A DNA stretch of 64,000 bases, from NCBI GenBank assembly GCA_024679065.1, contig JAGIQG010000017.1, positions 33,666,001 through 33,730,000 on the forward strand, given 5' to 3'. A model generated the notes under the pieces. The model saw nothing but the letters and a program-made list of their open reading frames with translations. It was not told the DNA's origin and made no database searches. Source of the stretch: Sphyrna mokarran (lineage: Eukaryota). Below, piece by piece: positions 36,278 to 48,059 of the stretch (positions are counted from its first letter, which is position 1; every line of letters starts with the position of its first letter). A program made the translations under genes and the position numbers.

Positions 36278-37710
36278 TTGTCATGGTCAAACGAAGAGTG
36301 GGAAAAGAGGCAAAATGTTCAACCTTTCCTCACTTAATCATAATAATAAAGATTTAGAGCAATTGAGGCTGATAGTGACAAATACGTGAATGGTTTTGCA
36401 GCTTTTGGCTGTAATAGAGGTAGAATTGGAAGATGCAGGTGGTAGTTCTGAAGGAAATAATATAAGGTAAGGAGATCATCTCGGAATGAAACAATCTGGA
36501 ACAGTAGTTATAAGGAATGGGATTAGTACTATGAATACACAATGTTGTGGCACAGGGGATGGTAGGTGCCGAGCTGTCCAAAACCTAAGTGAAACTTGAA
36601 ACAGCTGTCAAAACAGTTTTGTAATTTGTGTATTATGAGGAGGTTTTCCAAAATCTCGAAATGACTTCTCAGTCTAATTGTGACGATTATAACGTGAAAT
36701 GTCCATTAATATAAATAATTACAAACTACATTTAAGCAAAAGAAAATCTTTGATCCACTTTACAGTACTTTATAAACCTTTCTGAACAGATCTTGGTCAA
36801 ATTTCTCAGAGCTAAACTATCCCCCTTCCCTTGTCATGTCAACAGTCCTTATAGATTTTCTAACTATGAAATTCCAGTAATATTATCACATAATGCCTTG
36901 TGGATCTTACGGTATTCTTTGAGGGTGACAGTTAATTATCTTTCCAGGTTTGGCCTTGCCTCACTCTAAGTAGTATTCTCTGATCTCGTTCACGTCACCT
37001 CCACTGCCAGCAAAAATGAAGAAGTTGGTGCTCAGCCACTGTAATAATACTGGAGAATCCTACCAGCAGACAAAATCAGAGATTTCTGGCATTTGTCTTT
37101 GTTGAGATCTTACCTTCCACCACAATGATACACCTTCAGTGTTTTCATAAATCTGTTTCTGTTCGTTGATCTTATCCTCCACTGTTTCCTACAAGCCTTT
37201 AGAAGCTCAATCTACCCAGAATTGATTAACCCTTGTTTTTACTTTTTTTTAATTTTACAAGTAAACTTACCCATATTTACAGTCTTCCCATTTTGAAATA
37301 CAATAGCCAAATTTAAACTCTTTCTTTTCCTTATATAAATTTTGTGTAACATCTTCTCGCATCCCTGTTCATCTACATATCAAACCACTTGCTTCACACT
37401 TTCCTTATTGATGTTTGACCTTCGTAGGCTTTCTGTTTCTAACTCCATTCAAGAAGTCACATCCCCATCAGCTTGGATTCCATGTATATGCCAAAATTCT
37501 ACTGCCCTACCACGGAATTGAAGCAGCTGAGGGGCAGACAATGGGAGTGTTGCCGACCTTGGGAGGAATTTATGGACTCGCTTGAACGAGGCTGTAAAAT
37601 CCTGCCCATTCATGTGAGATTCCAGAAACAAAACAACATTGAAACTCCTTATTCCTGACAAGAATGACAACTCAGAACGATCCACACAACAAGATGTGCT
37701 AAGCGGGCTC

Positions 37711-37838
37711 CAGCGAAAGGTCATCCAGACTCAAAACGTTGACTCCATTCTCTCTCCACAGATGCTGTCAAACCTGCTGAGTTTCCCCAACATTTTCTGT
37801 ATTTATTTCAGATTCCAGCATTCGCAATATTTTACCTT
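37711..37838 (+). mobile_element. Penelope-like terminal repeat fragment
   Basis: aaggtcatccagactcaaaacgttgactc...ccacagatgctgtcaaacctgctgagtttcccc...cagattccagcattcgcaatatttt matches the family. Confidence 0.7.
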
Positions 37839-38275
37839 AGTCTATGATTGGATACTGTCTGCTCCTTGCTATGACATGCATTTTTAGAACTGCGTGTTAT
37901 TGGCTGGCTTTACCAGGTCCTGCTGACCTAGTAATTCTCAATATTTGAGCTGACTAATTTGACAGCTCCCCTTTCTATTCAATGTAGTTGATATTTCCAC
38001 AGCACTTAAGTCTTCCATTTTCACCATTTTATCGGATAATCAACCAATAGTAACAAAGGAAGCAGCATGCGTACAACAATAAAATAAATAGTTACACAAC
38101 ATACTTTTTGATTTCAATTTTCAGATGTCTCAAACTGATTTTGAAGTTCCCTACTTACTATGCCAACAACTTTATTTTGTCTGAGTTGAGCTGTTTTAAG
38201 CATCAATACGTGTAGAATTAAGAAGTTTTCTCAATGGATTTCATTTCTAAAGACAGAACTAACACTGTTCCACCT

Positions 38276-38632
38276 TTCTTTATTCATTTGTGGGACATGG
38301 ATGTCACTGGTTGACCACCATTATTGTCCATTTCTAGTTGACCTTGAAGGCAGTTGAGAGTCAACAACATTGCTGAGGTTCTGGAGTTACATATAAGCCA
38401 GACCAGGTAAGGACAGCAGTTTTCCTTCCCTAAAGGACATTAGTGGACCAGATGGGTTTTTCTGACATTTGACAATGGTTTCATGGTCATCAGTAGATTC
38501 TTAATTCCAGGCATTTTGATTGAATTCAAATTCCACCAGCTGCCATAGCAGGATTTGAACCCACTTCCCCAGGACATTAGCTGAATTTCTGGGTTAATAG
38601 CCTAATAGCAATATCATTAAGCCACAGCCTAC
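38276..38632 (-). mobile_element. SINE family B, full length
   Basis: It is a reverse-complement homologue of 32538-32890. Confidence 0.88.
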
Positions 38633-38871
38633 CCTATTTGTCTACCAACCCTTGCACTACCATCCCACGGATTATCATTCTGAAGTCAAAGTTACATTCA
38701 TAATTGTTGGACAAAGATCAAGAAGCCTGCAAGAAGACTATGAAGTCTTGCTCTGAATGGTAACAGATATTTATGAAGTATATACACACCTGATGAAGTT
38801 AATTTTCTCAAGTTGCATGCAAGAAAATTTCTACTAATATCGGTACATGAATTAAAGGAGTCAGCTTGATT

Positions 38872-39110
38872 TTGAACAAAGAAAGAACAAAGAAAATTAC
38901 AGCACAGAATAGGCCCTTTGGCTCTCCAAGCCTGCACCTTCAGATTTAAAACTCTTTACCCTTCTAGGGACCATCTACCTCTATTCCCATTCTATTCATG
39001 CATTTGTCCTTAAAAGTCCCTCAAAAGTCACAATCGTATTTGCCTCCGACAGTGAGTTCCAGGCACCCACTACATTCTGTGCAAAAAACATACATCTCCT
39101 TTATATCTTT
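38872..39110 (-). mobile_element. CR1 3' end
   Basis: gaacaaagaaagaacaaagaaaattacagcacagaataggccc...gagttccaggcacccactac is a reverse-strand CR1 tail. Confidence 0.8.
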
Positions 39111-39769
39111 ACAAAGAATCCTAAGGCTAAAAGTACTCATCGCTATTTAGGTGCAAACCAGATAATAAGGTCAGCAACCACATGAATAGATGAATGCAGA
39201 AATCCAGATGTTGTTGTCCGAAAGGCTCTGCTCCTCCAGAGAACCAAAACTTGAATAGATCACTGCAGCACTTAATGGCCCCTTTGGTTTTTGGTTTGTG
39301 GGCATGACAGTTTTGAGCACTCCTCAAAATGAAGATGGGAACTGATTGGGGCATCTTCCTCTGAGGCTAGTGCGGTGACTCAGGAATTTCCTGACTGATC
39401 TTAACCTAAATACCTTGGGAAAGTTTAAAAAAATCATATCTCATAATTATATCTTTTTTTCCTTCAATTTATTTCACTTTCTGTTCTCCAATACGATGTA
39501 AGTAGTCTAATTAGTAAGTAATCTAATTCCTGTTGTAGACTCTATCCTGTTCATCAGCAATTTGTCATTGTGACTGGTTAAGGAACTACTCAGTTGATTG
39601 CCCTGAGTGCACATGCCCTATAGAGAGTGCAGCTCTGTTTGGATGGATGGACAAAAGTAACTTGCCATGCAAAAGCCCATAGAATGTCAGTGAGCTCGTA
39701 CAAGTCTAAAAAATGGCTGATATTCTCAGGGCAAAACCCAGCCTATTTTATGTCATTTTTCCATGGGGT

Positions 39770-40265
39770 TGCAAGTGTTAAAAGTTAGGACAACATTTGT
39801 TGCCTAACTCTAACTACCTTTGAACTGGCTTACTTATCCATTTCAGACAGCAGTTGAGAATCAACCACATTACTGTGGATTTGGAGTCCCATGTAGGACA
39901 GATCAGCTAAGGACGGCAGATTTCCTTCCTAAAAGAAACATTCATGAACTAGAGGAGTTTTTATGACAATCGATGATAGTATCATGGTCACCATTGCTGA
40001 GATTATGGCCGGAATCCTCCAAACTCACCTGCGACTGGGATTCTCCAGTCCCACTGCAGCGAATGGAGATTTGGCTCAGTGCCAAATTATCTGTTCTCAC
40101 TAGCAGTAGTGGAGAGGTTTGCAACATTAGAAAATTCCGGCCTAATTTTTAATTCCAGATTTTATTAATTTAATTTAAAATCCATAAGCTACCCTAGTGA
40201 GATTCAAACCCATGTTCCTAAAGCATTAACCTGGATCTCTGGATTACTAGTTCAACACTGCCATC
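39770..40265 (-). mobile_element. SINE family B interrupted by a MITE
   Basis: It is homologous to 38276-38632 on both sides of 40007-40142. Confidence 0.8.
40007..40142. mobile_element. 136-bp MITE with 9-bp perfect TIRs
   Basis: It runs ggccggaat...attccggcc with tat/taa flanks, and its core is shared with 7308 and 8045. Confidence 0.8.
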
Positions 40266-41896
40266 TTCTCTTTGCCACCATATCACACCTACCTCCAGTT
40301 AGTGATTGCTATTGGACAAGGCTGAGCTAGATTGCAATCCAGAGGTATCATCATGTGGTCTTGGCTGCACCTTTTTTCTCTGTACACAATCCAGGTTCAA
40401 TAGTCCCTCCTGCTTCAAACCTGACCTAGCTCCCCTCTCATCTTCAAGTCCATACTACCAATTCAAACAGATATTTTATTTTCCAGATCAATTCTACTCT
40501 GGACACATTCCATTTGATATGTGATCTATGGCTACATTTCTCCATCCCCGGGGATTTCGTCAGATTCAACTCTGAGCCTCTCAAGATTCCTGACTCAGCA
40601 TTGTTCCCCACTGTAGCCATGTCTCTGTTGCAATCCTTGACTCCATCATTCACTTTTATGAAAAATTACAAACTCAGATATTTACTGACAACTTATCCAG
40701 CCAAGAACTAAGTAGGTAATTTAAAAACATGCATAGAGTTTATTAATTACAATTAAAATACATGGAAAAGCAGCAGAAAGAATAATTACATTGAACTGAA
40801 AAATAAATGGAGGCCAAATATATAAAATATTTTCCAAACAAAATGATATGGAAAATAATCAACATTATTAGGGAATAAAATTGCAGATTTTTTTTAGTTA
40901 TTCTGCTTAATATGTTCAATTTTTAAATAATTTTATATGATACAAGGGAGATCAATTACCAATGAAAAATAACTATTAAAAAAGTGCACGTGGCACATGA
41001 GCGATCACTATAGAATGTAAAAAATATTCCACAAGATGACTGGACTACATTACCCACAGTAATGATGATTTAGTTATTGGGGAATATTTTATTCCTTGAT
41101 CATTTACAAATTCCATCCATAATATGAAAATCATTATTATTTTGTACCATTCACTTCCACAAAAATGTAGCCAAATGCATGAAGGAATTAGATATGCCGT
41201 TGCTATAGTACATTGCTGTGCTCTTAAAAGTCCTTAACATATGTGCAACATTTGTTAGGGTGCATTGTTTAGTCCTAAGCAACGTCCACTGTTGTTCAGT
41301 GGATGTTATTCAATGAGTGCATGAACAATTTTCACCATAAATTCATTTGCTCTGTACAAAGTTTTCTTTGAGGAGAGAATTATTGACTCTTCAGTGCAAT
41401 ATAACAAAGAGACCATTGAGAGAACTAATGTCCAGTTCAATAAAAAATATGTGCTACGGTAGACATCAAACATGCAAAATAGTAAAAAGTGTCAAGTAGT
41501 TGGATGAGCAATTCTTTCCTATGAACTTAGCCCTTCCTGCACTGCACCTTGTTTTCCCATTAATTGTGTGAGTGGTTGGCTTGTTCCCAAACCTCTGCCT
41601 GTGATTTTTGTAAGATGCTAAAAGATGGCCAAGGGCAGCCTTGCAATGCTGCCTGTCTGATTGTTCCTTGCTCTCTGTATGGAAATGGCTCTACGCTGCT
41701 TTGAACATCCGATTCACATCCTGGTTGAGGTCAGGAAATCACCATATTTATTAGACAGAATCTTTTTTGATCCAGATGGTAGAACCACGCCCAAAATACT
41801 TGGTTCTTAATGAACTTCTCTGCACAACAAACACTCTCTGATACTGTTATATTTTGCATCAGAATTAAAGTGCAAAAAAAAGTTCCTAAATGTTAA

Positions 41897-41999
41897 ACAA
41901 AAGCAGAAAGTGCTAGGAAAAACTCAGAAGGTCTGGCAGCATCTGTGGAGAGAGAAACTGAGTTAATGTTTTGAGTTCAATATGACTCTTCTTCAGAAC
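41897..41999 (-). mobile_element. Penelope-like terminal repeat fragment
   Basis: The minus strand reads ctgaagaagagtcatattgaactcaaaacattaactcag...ccacagatgctgccagac. Confidence 0.7.
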
Positions 42000-44044
42000 A
42001 AATGTTAAATGTGTAATTTAATTAAAATGAATAAAGAGGATGTAACACTTAGCCAATAACTACAGAGATCGTTTTTTAAATAACATTGTCCAAACGATAT
42101 GTTAAACATTACTTTGTGATCATACTGTGTCTGTGATATAGATTTGGCCACTTAAAAAAAATTGGATAAGTAAAACCATAACAGAGCTTATATTTATTGA
42201 CGGCTGTAACCCTACTGTACACTCATTGCCTCAATTTCAGTGTAATGCATAAACCAGATGTTTGACATGGCTGCACCTTCTCATAGCTTTAGCCTTCAGT
42301 AAATGTTTTACAACTACTCAATAGCAGTGTTTCCCATTCAAGACAGGAAGCTGAGGTAATCGTGAAACATGAGGACCAAGCAGGATCCTTAACTCACATG
42401 CACGGCAGCTGGTGCTGTCTTCCTCTAGCACCTCTGGCACAGACCTGCTTCTGAGGATGACTGATACCAAAAGAGATGCATGAATTCAGTCAGTGATAAG
42501 AGCTTTCCCATTCATTTAATCCAATAAGAAGTAATTCATCACACAATGGGAAGCATTTGAAAAACAGAGCCGTGACTAGGGAGATTAACCCCTCAAAAAC
42601 AAGGGTTGACAACTGATTTGGTGCAGCACTTTAAAACATAGCTGTGAGCTGATTTGGCACATACTGTCGTAGTAATGTGATTTCATTAAGGCTACGAAAA
42701 TTTAAGAAGTGCTAATTTGTTCCAGAAGATAATGTTATTGAATTTGTATGTTGTGGGGCTTTCAGACAATCGACCATGAATTATTCATGAGCATGCATGG
42801 GGTGTTCACACATTCCCCAAACATTGTTCAATTGCTTAGGATGAGTTTCTTGTCAGTGCTAAGTCATATCTTCAGAAAGGGGAAAACAAAATATTTATGC
42901 AGCATGGTAATAAATGACAGCCCTTATTGTGTTTCGCTACATTTCCTGAATCATCAATTCAATAAACAGTTAGACATTGGCTTGTTTGCATGCTTACAGG
43001 ATTCAAACATAAAGGTTTTATATCAGGATAAGGGAGAGAGAATGAAGTAAACATGAAGTAGTAGGGCTTTAATCGTTACCATTTAATAACAGTTTTATGT
43101 ATGCTCTCTTTAAGAATGGGCACAGTGCTGTTTCTGAATTGTAAATTTTGCTGTTAAGAGTGCAGGGCTCAACTGGGAATTAGTGGCCAGTCATTAACCA
43201 GTAAGATGTTATTTATTTATTTTGTTTATTAGGTGACATGTAATACTTATATCCAGAGGGAATCCCTCGAAGGACAGATGTTTCACAAGTTTGACCTTGG
43301 TTGTTGTAACTATCTATGGTTTGCTTAGAATTCCAATAACATACAATGTTTTCTGATACTGATATTGTGCATGTTGAGTTGGATACCAGCCTCCTGAATA
43401 CCTTTTTTTCCCTCTAGCTTATAAGCTCATTCTGATAAGTGAACAAACATTTTAGTCACAAAAAACATTATTTTGTATGACTGCTCATACAATCCGACAC
43501 AGGCATGGTAAAAAAAAAATCAGTTGCTGGCAGCCATTTTGTGTTAATTCTGTTAGGCTGCACTATGTTTTTCAACGCTAATCATTTCACATCCTTTCAC
43601 GTGGATAAAGAAAATAAACTTTATGAAACAAAATATTGTAATTCAAGCTCAATGTATTTCCTAGAGGGCTCCTGCCTCAAGGCAGACTATTTCAACTTGC
43701 TCATGTGAGCAGGCAAGCAGTGTTACTTTATGAGACGTAGGTGCCAAATTGCTCTCTCCTCATCTGGCAGGAGGCACGATTATTGCTGGCTGAGCAAAAC
43801 TAAAATATTTTCTTCATTTAAAGTGAGCATCACATCTGGTTTTTAACCAGCAACCAGCTAAGGACTGAGGGACAACTTAACATGGCCAATAGATTCTCTC
43901 ATTAATGCTCTCACTCTACCCCAACACAGGTCCTCTGAGCTGAGTTAAACTAGATGTGTTCCATTCAACAATCTTTAACCATTCAGTAATTCTTTCAAAG
44001 TCAAATGTTGAATTTAGATCTGAACTCCATATTGTTTAAAATAT

Positions 44045-44615
44045 GGTGGTACGGTGATTAGCACAACTACCTCACAGCATCAGGGACCCAGATTTGATTC
44101 CTGGCTTGGATCACAGTGAGAGTCTGCACGTTCTCCCCTCGTCTGCATGGCTTTCCATCAGGTACTCTGGTTTCCTCCCAAAGTCTGAAAGATGTGTTGT
44201 TTAGGTGCATTGGGGTGGTATAGTGGCACAGTGGTTAGCACTGCTACCTCACAGCATCAGGGACCCGGGTTCAATTCTGGCCTCGGAGCTGTGTGGAGTT
44301 TACACATTCTCCCCATATCTGTGTGGGTTTCCTCCAGGTGCTCTGGTTTCCTCCCACAGTCCAAAGATATAAGGGGTTTAGGTTGATTGGCCACACTGAA
44401 TTGACCCTAGTATCAAGCGAATTAACAGGGTCAATATGCGCAGTTACAGAAATTGTGGTTGGCGATGGGCTGCATGGCCTTCTGCACTGTACAGAATCTA
44501 CTGGCTATGCTAAGTTGTTCCTCAGTGTACCCAAACAGGCACCGGAGTGTGACGACTAGGGGATTTTCACATTGCACTGTTAATGTAAGCCTACTTGTGA
44601 AACGAATAAATAAAC
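44045..44615 (+). mobile_element. V-SINE type b split by a nested HE1-like SINE
   Basis: The 5' part (44045-44212) ends ttaggtgcattgg. The 3' part resumes at about 44502 with tggctatgctaagttgttcctcagtgtacccaaacaggc...gtaagcctacttgtgaa. Confidence 0.85.
44213..44500 (+). mobile_element. HE1/V-SINE-like SINE (nested)
   Basis: gtggcacagtggttagcactgctacctcacagc...gggttcaattc...ccttctgcactgtacagaatcta spans head to tail. Confidence 0.9.
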
Positions 44616-45111
44616 CTTAAAACTTAAATCTAATGTGAATTGAATTTGTTTCAAATTCGAGTTCCTCTGATATGATTGTCTAAATGTAATATTTAAGTAC
44701 ATCTGAATAGTACCAGAATTACAAACATTGATACATTTAATTGTACATTAGACATTCCCTGTTTAAGGTCAGGAGTTTGTGTCATGCTGATAACATTATC
44801 CTACTGAAAGGAAACCTAAACAAAGAGCTCATGCATAACTATATGTCTGTGTGTACATTAAACATGAGGTATACTTAGATGGTTTACAGTCCCTAAAGTA
44901 CTATGAGTGGTAAAGGGCTGTGCTATCCATAATGTTGAACTGTTCCTTGAGAGGGCAGAGATATTCTTCAAATTAATATAAACTGACCCTCAACTGAATG
45001 CTTGAAGTTAGCATATCTGATGTTGAATTATGTCAAAATTCATCAATAATGCTTGGCTGTCACCTTCTCAGATTTTGGATTGGGGGGAAAATCACACTAC
45101 ACTGGAAAGAT

Positions 45112-45466
45112 GGGTGAGATTTTCTGGCCCTGCCTGTTGGCAGGGTTATCCAAACCCACTGAAGACAAGGCCCCATGCTGGGGTTCGCTGGGGGCTGGAC
45201 AGGCAAGCCATGCAAAATGCCATAGACATCGGCAGAACTTAAAGATCTTGCCGGCAGCCAATGGTGAGCCACCTCAACTGCTGGTAAACACAGTGTGGGA
45301 GGGCGGGGGGAGGGAATTTGGCAGAAATTCTTTCCCTTTATTTAGGGTCAGTTTGAAGGGAATATTCCATCCATTCTCTGCAAATTTTGTTTTCCAATCT
45401 CACCAATGGCAAGCCGCCTCTGCCACTGCAAAACAAGCCATAGGTTAGGACGGGAAATTCCATCCC
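45112..45466. mobile_element. Two adjacent MITE-like elements
   Basis: The two units are gggtgagattttc...gaaattctttccc and gggaatattcc...gggaaattccatccc. Confidence 0.5.
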
Positions 45467-46094
45467 ATTCCTTTTATATATCGCCCCTCTTTTTAAACAC
45501 AATCTCTGCTGCTTTCTGCTATACAGTTGTGGAATTTTACGGTGCAGAATGAGGCCATTATGTCCATTGTGCTCTTTGAAATATTTGCCCAAAGTTAGTT
45601 GCACATCTTTGCTATATCCTCATTTTTCTGCAAGGCACTCTTCAGGTACATGACAAATTGCCTTTTGAAAGTTCCTCTGGTATCTGATTCCATCATTCTT
45701 CCAGTTGGTTTGATCCAGAGTAACCCTTCGTCTGAAAACATTTTCTTGATTTTCTCTCTAATTATTTTTCCAATTACTTTAAATCTGCTTCTGGTTAATA
45801 ATCCACTGGCCAGAGGAAACTCTACTGCTGGAATTTTTCAGGTTGCAAACGTGGAAGCGATTGATGAAGTTTCTCCCACTTGACCTCTGTTTGTTCAGTG
45901 CATTCTTACACCAGCCATTCAGGCATCACTGCTGAATATTCAACTTCCAAAGATGAAAGTTGTGATAGTGACTATAAACTTACCTGATGAGGAAGGAAGT
46001 GTTGGCGGGCTATTGACACGGCCACAAGCAACTGAGTCCTGATTTAAAGGGAGGCCTGTAAGAATCTGACAGCTGGCTATCTCATCCCCAATAA

Positions 46095-46420
46095 CCATTA
46101 ACCTACGACTCCCAAACATCCAGTAACTTGCGACCCCAAATATCCAGTAACCTGCGACCCCAAATATCCAGTAACCTGCGACTCCCAAACACCCAGTAAC
46201 CTGCAACGCCAAACACCCAGTAACCTTCGAACCCAAACATCCAGTAATTTGCAAATCCCCCAAAATATCCAGTAACTTCCAACTCTCCAAAATATCCTAT
46301 AACTTCTCACTCCCTAAACATCCAGTAACCTGCAACCCCCGACCCAAAACATCTAGTAACCTTTGACCCCCAAACATCCAGTAACCTCTGACTCTGCTGA
46401 ACATGCAGTAATCTGTGACA
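46095..46420. repeat. Minisatellite with a unit of about 24 bp, about 12-13 copies
   Basis: The consensus is ccccaaayatccagtaacctgcga, with units decaying towards the right end. Confidence 0.93.
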
Positions 46421-46999
46421 CCCCCACAATCACCACTAGTCCTGACCCTTACAACCATGGACACCTGCTGACTTTGCAACGCGCAAATGACGGGCACAAA
46501 TGCTCATACTTGCCCCTGGAGTCACACAAACCATTCTTGCAGGAGGGCCGTCTATACCCAGTGGAAACTTTCATAAAGCAAATCAGGCATTTACTACATG
46601 AATCAGAACACATAGGCAGAGAAATACTATCTGCTTAATCATTCTTGAGGTCCTAACTAGTCTTTTGATTTTCCCCATCATTCCAATCAAGGCAGTGTTC
46701 AAAGTGGTCACAAAGTCCTCTAGCTAATAATCCATTGTGAACAGACAAAACAGCTCCAATGGAACCTGTAATTGTAAATATCAGTAAAGGGATAAAGACT
46801 TACATTTATATTGCACCTTTCACAACCTTGGGATATACAAAGCACATTATAGCCAATTAATTCCTTGTTGGAATAATCATTACTGTCATTTAGGAAACAT
46901 GGTAGCCAATCTGCACACAACAAGGTGACACTAACAGCAACATGATAATAAGCAGATGATGTGTTTTTGTGATGTTGATTGATAAACATTGGACAGGAT

Positions 47000-47350
47000 T
47001 TTTTTGGTTTATTTGTGAGACAAGGGCATGATTGTCTGGCCAGCATTTATCGCCCATCTCTTGTTATCCTTGGAGAGCAACGAGAGTCAACAACATTGTT
47101 GTGGCTCTGGGATCACATGTAGGCCAGATCAGGTAAGGACGGCAGACTTCCTTCTCGCAAGGACATGAGTGAACCAGACAGCTTTTTTCGACAATCGACA
47201 ATGGTTTCATGGTCATCAGTAGATTCTTAATTCCAGATTTTTTTTTACTGAGTTCAAGTTCCACCAGCTGCCATGGTGGAATTTGAACCCGCGTCTCCAG
47301 ATTATTAGCTGAGTTTCTGGATTAATAGTCTAGTGAAAATACTACATGGT
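47000..47350 (-). mobile_element. SINE family B (nested)
   Basis: It is homologous to 38276-38632. Confidence 0.88.
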
Positions 47351-47500
47351 ATTATCATGCCGTGTGATCTTTTATGCCTACTTAAGAGAGGCAGACAGAC
47401 CTCAGTTTAAAATTGTGTCTGGAAATCAGCACTTCCAACAGTGAGCACTACCTCAGTGCTGCACTGGTGTGTCAGCCTAGGTTTTGCTGCTCAAATCTCT

Positions 47501-47676
47501 GGGATTTCTGGCCTCCCTGTGTGTTTCCCAGGTGCAGAAGCATTGGTTGACAGTGGGATCTTCCAGTCCCTCCGATGTATATTGCATTTTGATTGACTCA
47601 TTCATCTTAACATCAGAAATCCCAACGCAAGGGTTTGGCATTGGCCACACCAATGGATAGGGCTGGAAAACCTCTG
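47501..47676. mobile_element. MITE-like insert (nested)
   Basis: It interrupts the Deu-SINE and contains gggatcttccagtccc, shared with the other MITEs. Confidence 0.55.
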
Positions 47677-47934
47677 TGATGGGGCTTGAAACCATAACCA
47701 CTGACACAAAAGCAAGATTTCTGCCAACTTGAGACATGAATGAACAACTGGATTATTTTCATAAATTCAATTTATCAATTTGTGGTTGACAATAAATACA
47801 CTAGTACATTTCAAGACGATAGTTTACATTTTATACAATCCCACCAATTTAAATGCAGGAATTTCACAAAATCTTTTATACACAGAAAACATTCATGTTA
47901 TTTCTGGAAACCATTGACAAGTGGGAGAGATGTT

Positions 47935-48059
47935 AAAAGCAAAATACTACAGATGCTGGGAACAAAAACAGAAAATGCTGGAAGATCTCAGCAGGTCTGA
48001 CAGCATCTGTGGGGAGAGAATACAGCCAACATTTCGAGTCGAGATGACCCTTTGTCAGA
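47935..48059 (-). mobile_element. Penelope-like terminal repeat fragment
   Basis: The minus strand reads ctgacaaagggtcatctcgactcgaaatgttggctgtattctctcccc. Confidence 0.72.

Larger units (their letters stand above)
46794..47738 (-). mobile_element. Deu-core SINE (SacSINE1-like) split by two insertions
   Basis: Pieces 46794-46999, 47358-47500 and 47678-47738 are collinear with the uninterrupted copy at 57880-58312. Confidence 0.8.

Noticed and set aside
41281-41307. 11-bp stem hairpin (aacgtccactg-ttgtt-cagtggatgtt) as a miRNA or terminator
   Set aside because: It is too short for a pre-miRNA, matches no mature miRNA I recognise, and is compatible with chance in 64 kb.
45940-46290. Repeat protein (VAGYWIFG)n
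   Set aside because: It is an artefact of a 24-bp minisatellite, and the unit-length variants shift the frame.
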